Source: a virus
Taxonomy: Duplodnaviria > Caudoviricetes
Length of the DNA: 26,846 nucleotides
IMG/VR virus record: IMGVR_UViG_3300022178_003971
Span: 1 to 26,846 of that record
Direction: 5' to 3' (one strand)
Within the stretch, counting starts at the first letter, position 1; each line of letters opens with the position of its first letter. The position numbers and the translations under genes are program-made. The notes beneath the pieces were generated by a model. It had not been told where the DNA came from. It searched no databases and worked only from the letters and a program-made list of their open reading frames with translations. Shown here piece after piece: positions 7,965-16,640 of this stretch.

Positions 7965-9602
7965 ATGCAGCTCTTCGGTTTTGAAATTACTAAAACATCA
8001 TCTGAACTTGCGGATTCCAAAAATCTGCAGGGCATCGTTCCAATGGATCAAGAGGATGCTGTTACAGAAATAGCTCCTGGTGGTATGTATGGAACGCATC
8101 TAGATTTAGATGCCACGGCTAAGTCTGAAGGTGACTTGGTTACTAAGTATCGTGAAATGGTGTTGATGCCTGAGTGTGATACTGCAGTAGAGGATATTAT
8201 TAACGACGCTATCATAATGGAAAACAATGCGTATCCTGTAGAGATAGTTCTTGACGAAACAAAACTTCCCAATAGAGTAAAAAAGATCGTCAGGGAAGAA
8301 TTTGATAAGGTCCTTTCGCTACTCGATTTCGGAAACAAAGGTTATGAAATATTCCGTAGGTGGTACGTAGATGGCCGGGTATACTATCAAATAGTGATAG
8401 ACAAGAACGCCCCCCGCGAAGGTGTTAAAGAAGTTAGATACGTCGATCCCCGCAAAATTAAAAAGATGAGGGAAAACGTTGAGAAGAAGGATCCAAGTGG
8501 GGTAACAGAGTATCCTAAAATAAAAGAATTCTATCTGTACAATCCTAAAGGTATGGCCAATCAGCAGCAAGGAATTAAGATAGCTCCTGATAGTGTATGT
8601 TACGTTCCATCTGGACTTGTTGATGCACGCAACAAATTAACCTTAGGATACCTTCACAAAGCCATCAAGCCTCTTAACCAACTTAGAATGCTCGAAGATT
8701 CAGTAGTAATATACAGACTGTCTCGAGCCCCTGAACGTAGAATATTTTACATAGATGTAGGTAATCTACCCAAGGTAAAAGCAGAGCAATATCTGCGTGA
8801 CATGATGGTAAAGCATAAGAACAAGCTGGTGTATGATGCTAGTACAGGTGAGGTCCGTGACGATCGACGTCATATGACAATGCTCGAAGACTTTTGGTTA
8901 CCTCGCCGAGAAGGCGGACGTGGTACAGAAATAACCACGTTACCTGGGGGTCAAAACTTGGGGGAGATGGATGACGTACTCTACTTCCAAAAGAAACTCC
9001 TCAAGTCTTTGAACGTACCTGTAAGTAGAATGGAAGCAGAAGTTAATTTCAACATTGGTCGTTCCACAGAAATATCAAGAGACGAAATTAAATTCCAGAA
9101 ATTCATTAATCGAATACGAAACAAGTTCTCAATTCTATTTGACAATCTACTAGAGATACATCTTGCCCTCAAAGGTGTAATGACTAGATCGGAATGGAAC
9201 GAAGTAAAGAATAGTATAACCTACAACTTTGCTAACGATAATCATTTCCAAGAGCTCAAGAAATCTGAAATAATGTCAGAACGAATGAGGCTGCTTGGCG
9301 AGATAGATCCATTGGTAGGCAAATACTTCTCATTGTCGTGGGTACGTAAAAATGTATTGCAAATGACAGAAGATGAAATAATTGCTATCAATAAAGAAAT
9401 AGAAGTAGAAGGCAGTGACGAAGATATGGTCGACACTCAAGAACACCTTTCTTACATTGAAATTGAACCGGAAGATCCCATGGAAGTAACGGACAATACT
9501 CAAAACAAAACTCTTTCAGAAGAGGAAAAGCATCTCGTTGAGAGCATGACCAGATTCTACAATTCTATGTCCAGTGACTACGAAGAACCTAAAGAAGAAT
9601 AA
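7965..9602 (+). CDS. gp20: Portal protein gp20
   Basis: Start ATG at 7965 (MQLFGF) after SD GAGGT. Motifs FRRWYVDGR, YLHKAIKPLNQLRMLEDSVVIYRLSRAPERRIFYIDVGNLPK and EDFWLPRREGGRGTEITTLPGGQNLG. Confidence 0.98.
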   Translation: MQLFGFEITKTSSELADSKNLQGIVPMDQEDAVTEIAPGGMYGTHLDLDATAKSEGDLVTKYREMVLMPECDTAVEDIINDAIIMENNAYPVEIVLDETKLPNRVKKIVREEFDKVLSLLDFGNKGYEIFRRWYVDGRVYYQIVIDKNAPREGVKEVRYVDPRKIKKMRENVEKKDPSGVTEYPKIKEFYLYNPKGMANQQQGIKIAPDSVCYVPSGLVDARNKLTLGYLHKAIKPLNQLRMLEDSVVIYRLSRAPERRIFYIDVGNLPKVKAEQYLRDMMVKHKNKLVYDASTGEVRDDRRHMTMLEDFWLPRREGGRGTEITTLPGGQNLGEMDDVLYFQKKLLKSLNVPVSRMEAEVNFNIGRSTEISRDEIKFQKFINRIRNKFSILFDNLLEIHLALKGVMTRSEWNEVKNSITYNFANDNHFQELKKSEIMSERMRLLGEIDPLVGKYFSLSWVRKNVLQMTEDEIIAINKEIEVEGSDEDMVDTQEHLSYIEIEPEDPMEVTDNTQNKTLSEEEKHLVESMTRFYNSMSSDYEEPKEE

Positions 9603-9604
9603 AA

Positions 9605-12600
9605 ATGTTACCTCTAGATGAAGCCAAACTTCTAGCAACCCTTCTTGGCGTTCTCAAAAAAGAAAACAGCAAAGTCAAGGAGGATCTGCTAAAAGAGCTG
9701 TATCAGGAGCTTCAGAAAGAGATCGATGATCAGTCTGGGGTCAAATACCTCCAGCTCGATGAATTGGAAGAGCCCGTACCTATTCAGGTGTTCAAGGGCG
9801 AACAAGGTAAAGAAGGTCCGCGAGGAAAACAAGGACAGAAAGGTACCAAGGGAGACACAGGACCTCAAGGCGAAAGAGGTTCCATTGGACCTCAAGGTGA
9901 CCGAGGCCTCGTTGGATCAATTGGACCTCAAGGTATTCAAGGCCTTGTAGGTAATCAAGGTCCTGCCGGTAAGGATGGTAAGGACGGCCTTGACGGTCAC
10001 ACCCCCGATGTAAAACCAATTGAAGATAGACTCTCAAGACTTTTCGATGAGTTTAAAGGAAGTGTGTCTGCGCAAGTCACGCGCATGGCATATGCAAAAG
10101 GACCTGGCGGCCTTGGAGGGTCATCATCCGGCTCTGGTGAAGTAAGACTCTTACGATTAGACGACGTCGATGACACTAATCTAGCTGATGGCAAAGCGTT
10201 AAGATATAACGCAAGCCTCGGTAAGTTTGAACTCGTAGCACCATTTAATCCTGAAGCTACAGGTCACCTAATACCATCCGCCAACAATGTGTATGACCTA
10301 GGTTCTCAAGGTAACCAGTGGCGTGACTTGTACCTTAGTGGCAGCTCGCTATTCATAAATGGCGTACCTGCAATGCAGCAGGATGCTAATACGGGCAATA
10401 TATTACTTGCTACCAACACAGTAGTATCTGTTGCGAATGGTGCAATTTTACCGGTGGCGGCGAGCTCGATTGATAAAGAGACCGGACTGGTATTACCTCA
10501 AGCCACAGTTGCAGACCTAGATGGCTACCTGCAGGTGGCCAACGCTAACATCCTACTCGACGGCAAAGCGAATGCCGTTGATCTGTCTCAATATCTACAA
10601 GTCGCCAATGCTATAAGCTCTAATGTGTCAGGAGTTACTAGCTACGACCAGCTGACTGGCAAGCCAAACCTCGATCAATATCTGCAAGTAGCTAACGTAT
10701 CTAGCATTAATGCTGATTATAATAATCTCAACAATACTCCTAACCTTGACATATACGCTGCAAACAGTGCTCTTGCATTAAAAGCAGATACTGCTGATCT
10801 AAGCCAATACTTACAAGTAGCAAATAGCTTTAACCAGTCTTATAATGATTTGACTGATAAGCCCAACCTCGCCGTATACGCATCTAACACGTACGTCAAT
10901 ACGCAGCTGTCAAATAAAGCTGACGTATCGGCCCTTAACGACTACTTGCAAGTAGCTAATAATTTTAGTGGGGTATACGGTGACCTAACAAGTAAGCCTG
11001 ACCTCGACATATATGCAACCAATACTGATCTTAATCTTAAAGCCGATAGTATTGACCTCACTCAGTATCTACAAGTTGCCAACGCATCGAGCATTAGTGT
11101 TGATTATAATAATCTTACAAATGCTCCTAACCTTGACATCTATGCATCCAACAATGCCCTGGCGTTAAAGGCTGATAGCGCCGCTCTAAGCGATTATATT
11201 CAAGTAGCTAATGTAAGTGCCCTAGTAACTCAAAGTATCGATAATTTAGTGGATAGTGCGCCTGCGGCACTCGATACATTGAATGAGCTTGCAGCTGCGC
11301 TGGGTGACGATAATAACTTTGCATCAACAGTAACTACTAACTTAGCTAGCAAAGCATCCAACACATATGTCAATACTCAACTAGGCACCAAAGCTAATGC
11401 TACGGATCTCAATAACTATCTGCTAGTAGCCAATAGCTTCAGCGAGTCTTACAATGACCTGACTGATAGACCTAATCTCGACATATACGCGTCTAATAAT
11501 CATGTAAACACTCAGCTAAGCAATAAGGCAGATAGATCAGAGCTAACTGAATATCTGCAAGCAGCAAACAATTTTAGTGGCGTCTATAGTGATTTAACTG
11601 GCAAGCCCAATCTCGATATATACGCATCTAATACTGCTCTTGCATTAAAAGCTAATTCTACTGATTTGAATCAGTATGTGCAGGTGGCAAATGTCAGTGT
11701 ACTAATAACGGATGGCCTGAACAGTCTAGTAGACGGGGCACCTGCTGCATTAGATACTTTAAATGAACTTGCTGCAGCTTTAGGTGATGATGGCGATTTT
11801 GCTACTACAATTACAACATCCCTTGCTGCAAAATCATCTAACACATATGTGAATACTGAGTTAGCCACTAAGGCGTCTAACACATATGTAAATACCGAGC
11901 TCGCCAACAAAACTTCATACACGTACGTTGACACACAGCTGAACGCCAAGGCTTCCAACGCCTACGTTAACACTCAGCTAAATATCAAAGCGTCGAACGC
12001 GTATGTTAACGTCCAGCTGGATACAAAGGCCTCCAATACATACGTTAACACTCAGCTATCCAACAAAGCCAATGCTTCTGATTTAGATCAGTACTTACAA
12101 GCTGCCAATAATTTTAGCGGTGTATATGGTGATCTAACAGGCAAGCCTAATCTAGATATATATGCCTCCAATACGGCAATGTCGCTGAAGGCAGATAGCA
12201 CAGATCTCAATCAATATCTACAAGTCGCTAACACATTCAGTGAATCGTATAACGATCTAACTGACAAACCAAACTTAGATTTGTATGCTGCAAATAGCAG
12301 CGTAAATAGTGCCCTTTCTCTCAAAGCAAATGCTGCCGATCTTAATCAATACTTACAAGTAGCTAATGTAAGTTCGTTGATATCAACGCAGATAGACAAC
12401 CTTGTAGATGGCGCACCAGGTGCTCTGGATACTTTAAACGAGTTAGCTGCGTCTTTAGGAGACGATGATAATTTTGCAGGATCGATTACTACGAGTCTTG
12501 CTACTAAGGCATCTAACACATACGTAAGTACCCAGCTATCTAATAAAGCGGATGTTGTTGCATTAAACGACTATCTGCAGGTAGCAAATACCTTTAGTGG

Positions 12601-12976
12601 ATCCTATAGTGATCTAACAGGAAGGCCTAACTTAGACGCCTACGCCTCTAACACGGCTATGTCACTAAAGGCAGATACGACAGCTTTAAACAATTATTTG
12701 AATGTAGCTAACACAGCTAATCTTGTATCTTCTATACAAAGTCAGGGTACTGGCCAAACCCTGATTGAAAGTAAGATAAATAATATATTAACACTGAAGA
12801 CATTGAAGGCCGGCGCAGGACTTACTATTGTCGAGAACAATGGGGAAATCACCATTGCAGCTACTGGCGATCTCGCAGTTGAAGATAGACTAGACTTTGG
12901 ATTTGTGGATAACGATTTCGGATCTATTACAGATGATGCAGAAACAGACTCAATTTTCGATTTTGGAACTCTATAA
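9605..12976 (+). CDS. Large repetitive fibre protein: N-terminal helical segment, collagen-like region, long multi-repeat shaft, acidic DFG tail
   Basis: 23 uninterrupted G-X-Y triplets; 15 YLQVAN-type repeats; repeated Y.DLT.KPNLD.YA; three LVD.AP.ALDTLNELAA.LGDD tail-fibre-type motifs. Confidence 0.8.
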   Translation: MLPLDEAKLLATLLGVLKKENSKVKEDLLKELYQELQKEIDDQSGVKYLQLDELEEPVPIQVFKGEQGKEGPRGKQGQKGTKGDTGPQGERGSIGPQGDRGLVGSIGPQGIQGLVGNQGPAGKDGKDGLDGHTPDVKPIEDRLSRLFDEFKGSVSAQVTRMAYAKGPGGLGGSSSGSGEVRLLRLDDVDDTNLADGKALRYNASLGKFELVAPFNPEATGHLIPSANNVYDLGSQGNQWRDLYLSGSSLFINGVPAMQQDANTGNILLATNTVVSVANGAILPVAASSIDKETGLVLPQATVADLDGYLQVANANILLDGKANAVDLSQYLQVANAISSNVSGVTSYDQLTGKPNLDQYLQVANVSSINADYNNLNNTPNLDIYAANSALALKADTADLSQYLQVANSFNQSYNDLTDKPNLAVYASNTYVNTQLSNKADVSALNDYLQVANNFSGVYGDLTSKPDLDIYATNTDLNLKADSIDLTQYLQVANASSISVDYNNLTNAPNLDIYASNNALALKADSAALSDYIQVANVSALVTQSIDNLVDSAPAALDTLNELAAALGDDNNFASTVTTNLASKASNTYVNTQLGTKANATDLNNYLLVANSFSESYNDLTDRPNLDIYASNNHVNTQLSNKADRSELTEYLQAANNFSGVYSDLTGKPNLDIYASNTALALKANSTDLNQYVQVANVSVLITDGLNSLVDGAPAALDTLNELAAALGDDGDFATTITTSLAAKSSNTYVNTELATKASNTYVNTELANKTSYTYVDTQLNAKASNAYVNTQLNIKASNAYVNVQLDTKASNTYVNTQLSNKANASDLDQYLQAANNFSGVYGDLTGKPNLDIYASNTAMSLKADSTDLNQYLQVANTFSESYNDLTDKPNLDLYAANSSVNSALSLKANAADLNQYLQVANVSSLISTQIDNLVDGAPGALDTLNELAASLGDDDNFAGSITTSLATKASNTYVSTQLSNKADVVALNDYLQVANTFSGSYSDLTGRPNLDAYASNTAMSLKADTTALNNYLNVANTANLVSSIQSQGTGQTLIESKINNILTLKTLKAGAGLTIVENNGEITIAATGDLAVEDRLDFGFVDNDFGSITDDAETDSIFDFGTL
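9797..10003 (+). repeat. Collagen-like (Gly-X-Y)23 repeat
   Basis: GEQ GKE GPR GKQ ... GKD GKD GLD GHT, read from the translation (aa 65-133). Confidence 0.92.
11831..12064 (+). repeat. Six tandem 39-nt (13-aa) repeats, consensus KASNTYVNTQLxx
   Basis: KSSNTYVNTELAT / KASNTYVNTELAN / KTSYTYVDTQLNA / KASNAYVNTQLNI / KASNAYVNVQLDT / KASNTYVNTQLSN. Confidence 0.9.
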
Positions 12977-12979
12977 CGA

Positions 12980-15580
12980 ATGTCTATCGAAGTAAAACTC
13001 AGACGAGGTACCGCAAACCAACACTCAGGTTTTACTGGTGTTACGGGTGAGGTGACTGTAGATATTACCAATGATACCCTACGTGTACACGATGGAGTAT
13101 TAGCTGGGGGACATCGTCTTGCGAGATATAGTGAGCTCGCAGCTGCAGGCGCTAATACAGGAATGGAGCTGTCACTAGCTACCCCTACAGACGGCAGTTT
13201 AACCAATAGCGCTGCCTATGAAAGTTTCACGACAGATACAACAGTAACCGACGCTATTGATATTCTGAATCAAGTTATCAATAATGTACGCAACGACACT
13301 TTTATAAAATCAGTCACCTTTACCGCTGATGCAACTGCGGGTGGTGCTGGTACAACAGTTACTCTTTCAACAAGCGTTGATGGAACTGCAAACGAGTTTG
13401 AAATAGATTGGGGAGATGGTGGCTCCAATACTGTCACTTCTGATTCTACACCAAGCCACACATATGCTACAAATAGTGGGTCTCCATTTACAGTTGCCTT
13501 GACTGCTAGAAACACTTCAGGTAGTGGCGAGGGCATAAGCGCCGTATCATCTCGCACAGATTATATTACCATATACACAGCAACCCCTGCCGTAGACTTT
13601 GGAATGTTTAGTAATTCAGCTGGCGGATCAGCGCTTACCGGTAGCAATCTATACGTAATTGAAGGTGGAGCATTGCACCTGGACAACAATACTACTAACA
13701 TTGGATCTGCTGACGTAACCTACACAGTCGACTGGGGTGATGGTACTTCAGCAGAGACTATAGCAAATGATACATCAGCAGGTGGTACTGCAGGCAGTCG
13801 ACTATCTCATACGTGGGGCGCTAGCACTAGCAGCGGTACAGGTTCTGACACCATAACACTTACACTAGCTACCCACAGCACAGCCCTGCCAGCAGATATT
13901 CCATCGTCTACAACAACGTCTCTTAAAGTATACGACGACAGCCCAGCAACACCAAATGGCCTGAGCAGCAAGTCGATTACATTTAGTGGCAGCACAGGAA
14001 CTAGTCCAAGGCTGGCAAGTGGGTTCGCAGATAATACGGGTGGTGCTACTTACTCAACAGGTTCATCTGTAGAACGTACTACCTCAACAAGTGGTGACAT
14101 TGTCAGCTCTACTTTATCGACGCTAACATATAATGCTGATAGTGGTACGCTTTCTGCTTTAGTGAACGGAGTTTCTGATGGGGCCATTAATCTTACAAGC
14201 TCCGATCAAACAGGAAGAACTACAAGCCTTGACATCACTAGCGAAAGCGACTATAATCTATTCAACGCTTCGGGATCACCAATATCTTTCTCGAGCAGTA
14301 TATACCACCCTAGCTTATATTCAGGATTCAAGGCAAGGGTGGCTATTGCTGCCAGCGGTGTCTCGATTGGTGTTAACAGCATGCAGCTGTCGCACGATGC
14401 CACGGGTAGCACCAATGTCGTTGAGTTTGTAAAAGATGATCTGACCGCCACGCCTGCTATCAATATTTCTGTAGCGTCCGTCACTGAAAACGCTGCTGGA
14501 TCGTATCGATACATTAGTGGTATACCTTACTACAATAGTGGCAGTCCAAGTCTGTTATTAAGTGGATTACTTGTTGACAATCTCGTCGGACAATGCTATA
14601 CTAATCAAAGTAACATTTTTGAAGTAGAAGATGGTACAAATCAAGAAGGTACAAGTAGTAGCGTTGTAGCAAGTTCAGATTATACGTATTCTGATATTGA
14701 TGGATCGTCAACAATGTTGTCCGGAGGGGTACCGGTAATCAACGTAGGTACCTCAAGCATGTATGCTATTGGCAACTTGGTTGTACCTATAACAAGCTCA
14801 AACGTCAGATCGATAAGTAGGTTGAAGGCTCGGGCTAGAAATGTTAACGGGGTAGGTAGTTTTTCTGGCGACCTCCCAACCAACATACAGGTACATAAGT
14901 CGTCGCAATCAGGTATCGTAGAGCAAGCGATATCTGTATCTGACTCGCTAGGCAGTACATATGATGACGATGGCGTACGTATATTTGATTTTAGTGCTGC
15001 GACAACAGATACACCAACATACACTAGCAGCACTAACTTCTACAGTAACGATTTATATTCAGAGACATCAGATCCATCAGTTGCTGGTACTAAAGAAGCC
15101 ACAATTAGATTGGGTGTTGTTAAGCACGACGTAACCGACTACAGTGCAGGCTATTTGCCTGCAGGTCCAAATCGAAGTGGAGATACTGGCACACAGTACT
15201 TTACATTTGCGTTTCGTCGTACAGCAGTTGCTAACTTTGATATAAATATAACGAGCTCAGGGATCAGGGGTCTCTGGATTGCTGCTCCGGGTACCGGTAT
15301 CGACAATGCTAGTGGTTTAAATGGGTGGATTGATTCATCTATTAACTATGGTGGTAGCGGTGTGCCAGGTAGCGATACTGGCAACGGTGGTAATGGATCT
15401 AATGGATGTGCTCTTACGGGCGGAGACATAATCCAATCAGGCACATCGTTGAGCGGGGGTTACACAATGACTCTCGGTTCTGAAAATATGTCCAATGCAA
15501 CAAGCAATGTAGTTCTAGTAAGAATTGCACTTGCAAGCGGTGAATCTATATCAGCGCTTAGCATAGGAGTGGCTAGCTAA
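12980..15580 (+). CDS. Ser/Thr/Gly-rich virion protein with Mtd-N-like N-terminus and two PKD-like domains
   Basis: N-terminus KLRRGTANQHSGFTGVTGEVTVDITNDTLRVHDG resembles the major-tropism-determinant N-terminal family; PKD-type signatures IDWGDG...SHTY and VDWGDG...SHTW. Confidence 0.72.
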   Translation: MSIEVKLRRGTANQHSGFTGVTGEVTVDITNDTLRVHDGVLAGGHRLARYSELAAAGANTGMELSLATPTDGSLTNSAAYESFTTDTTVTDAIDILNQVINNVRNDTFIKSVTFTADATAGGAGTTVTLSTSVDGTANEFEIDWGDGGSNTVTSDSTPSHTYATNSGSPFTVALTARNTSGSGEGISAVSSRTDYITIYTATPAVDFGMFSNSAGGSALTGSNLYVIEGGALHLDNNTTNIGSADVTYTVDWGDGTSAETIANDTSAGGTAGSRLSHTWGASTSSGTGSDTITLTLATHSTALPADIPSSTTTSLKVYDDSPATPNGLSSKSITFSGSTGTSPRLASGFADNTGGATYSTGSSVERTTSTSGDIVSSTLSTLTYNADSGTLSALVNGVSDGAINLTSSDQTGRTTSLDITSESDYNLFNASGSPISFSSSIYHPSLYSGFKARVAIAASGVSIGVNSMQLSHDATGSTNVVEFVKDDLTATPAINISVASVTENAAGSYRYISGIPYYNSGSPSLLLSGLLVDNLVGQCYTNQSNIFEVEDGTNQEGTSSSVVASSDYTYSDIDGSSTMLSGGVPVINVGTSSMYAIGNLVVPITSSNVRSISRLKARARNVNGVGSFSGDLPTNIQVHKSSQSGIVEQAISVSDSLGSTYDDDGVRIFDFSAATTDTPTYTSSTNFYSNDLYSETSDPSVAGTKEATIRLGVVKHDVTDYSAGYLPAGPNRSGDTGTQYFTFAFRRTAVANFDINITSSGIRGLWIAAPGTGIDNASGLNGWIDSSINYGGSGVPGSDTGNGGNGSNGCALTGGDIIQSGTSLSGGYTMTLGSENMSNATSNVVLVRIALASGESISALSIGVAS

Positions 15581-16362
15581 TGGCAGTTTCAGACAATCAA
15601 AAGTTAGACTATCTCTGGAAGAAAATTGGTTACGGTGTTTCAAAAACCGATACCAATAATAATAAAGCCGCTCCTAACGAATCGATTAGTAGCCCGCTAC
15701 TTCTTCGTGGCGATAAAGTTTGGAAAGAAGCAGCATCAATCGCTGCTGTTATGCCAGGTGCATCTAACGACTACCTGACAGTATATCCAACTAGCTCCCC
15801 ACAAGAGACAACTGAAGATAATACTTCAGCTCAATATAGGACATGGAAGACTGGCTTAACAGATTGGATACCACCAGAAATTGGTAGTACCTATCAAGTT
15901 AAAGTGTATGTTCATAGCACAGGGAGTGCTGGAGCAGCCGCAGCGAGTGGCACGCAATTATTTGCCGCAGGTTCAGGTAACAGTGATGAATGGTTTTTTG
16001 ACTACCAGTCAGGATTACTACACTTCATTGGTACGAATCTACCAGGAGTAAGTTTTAGCGGTAAAAGCATATATGTATCCGGTGCAAGATATACTGGTAC
16101 ATTTGGTGTTGGTGCAGCGGATGGTGCAACACTAAGAGATATAACCTTAGCTGGCAATACGACAATTTCTAATCTTGTATTATCGTCAGTACTAGGCACC
16201 CAGTACGGTGGAACAGGCCTGAGTTCATTTACTGAGAACGGAGTAATGATTGCTTCAAATACATCAGTATTAGGATTCGCAACTGGTACAACTGGTGAAG
16301 TACTTCAAGTAGGATCTGATGGGTCTCCTACATTCGATTCTCTTGATGGTGGTAATTTTTAG
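15580..16362 (+). CDS. Putative virion structural protein ending in LDGGNF
   Basis: TAATG stop/start coupling to the upstream gene; fibre-like C-terminal segment (YGGTGLSSFT, GTTGEVLQVGSDGSPTF). Confidence 0.65.
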   Translation: MAVSDNQKLDYLWKKIGYGVSKTDTNNNKAAPNESISSPLLLRGDKVWKEAASIAAVMPGASNDYLTVYPTSSPQETTEDNTSAQYRTWKTGLTDWIPPEIGSTYQVKVYVHSTGSAGAAAASGTQLFAAGSGNSDEWFFDYQSGLLHFIGTNLPGVSFSGKSIYVSGARYTGTFGVGAADGATLRDITLAGNTTISNLVLSSVLGTQYGGTGLSSFTENGVMIASNTSVLGFATGTTGEVLQVGSDGSPTFDSLDGGNF

Positions 16363-16586
16363 TGAATGAAAACGATAAAATTTTGGAAATTTATATTAGT
16401 CAGCAGCAAGAAAAGATCAACGAACTATCTCAACAGCTACTGATGGCCACGACGCGTAATAAATACTTAGAAGAGCAGTTGGGAATGTCGACTGAAAGAC
16501 TCAAAGTATACGATAATATAAATAGAAAAAAAGTAAATGAAGTCAAAGGCTTCAACCTCAACAACAATAAGAAAGCAAAAACCTAG
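16362..16586 (+). CDS. Small coiled-coil protein (possible fibre assembly factor)
   Basis: GTG start overlapping the upstream TAG; heptad-like Q/E/L-rich helix followed by a basic tail. Confidence 0.55.
   Translation: MNENDKILEIYISQQQEKINELSQQLLMATTRNKYLEEQLGMSTERLKVYDNINRKKVNEVKGFNLNNNKKAKT
16517..16524 (+). promoter_or_regulatory. T4-type late promoter (TATAAATA), probably for the 516-aa fibre gene
   Basis: Exact consensus about 120 nt upstream of ATG 16641, which has SD TAAGGA; lies inside the 74-aa ORF. Confidence 0.6.
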
Positions 16587-16640
16587 CAAGAAAACCCTGT
16601 AACAAACTACCCCAAACCATTTACACATAAGGAAAAAAAA

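Noticed and set aside
10515-12720. Repeated DNA motifs resembling a CRISPR array
   Set aside because: The repeats are in-frame, degenerate at third codon positions and encode protein repeats; there are no identical repeats separated by unique spacers.
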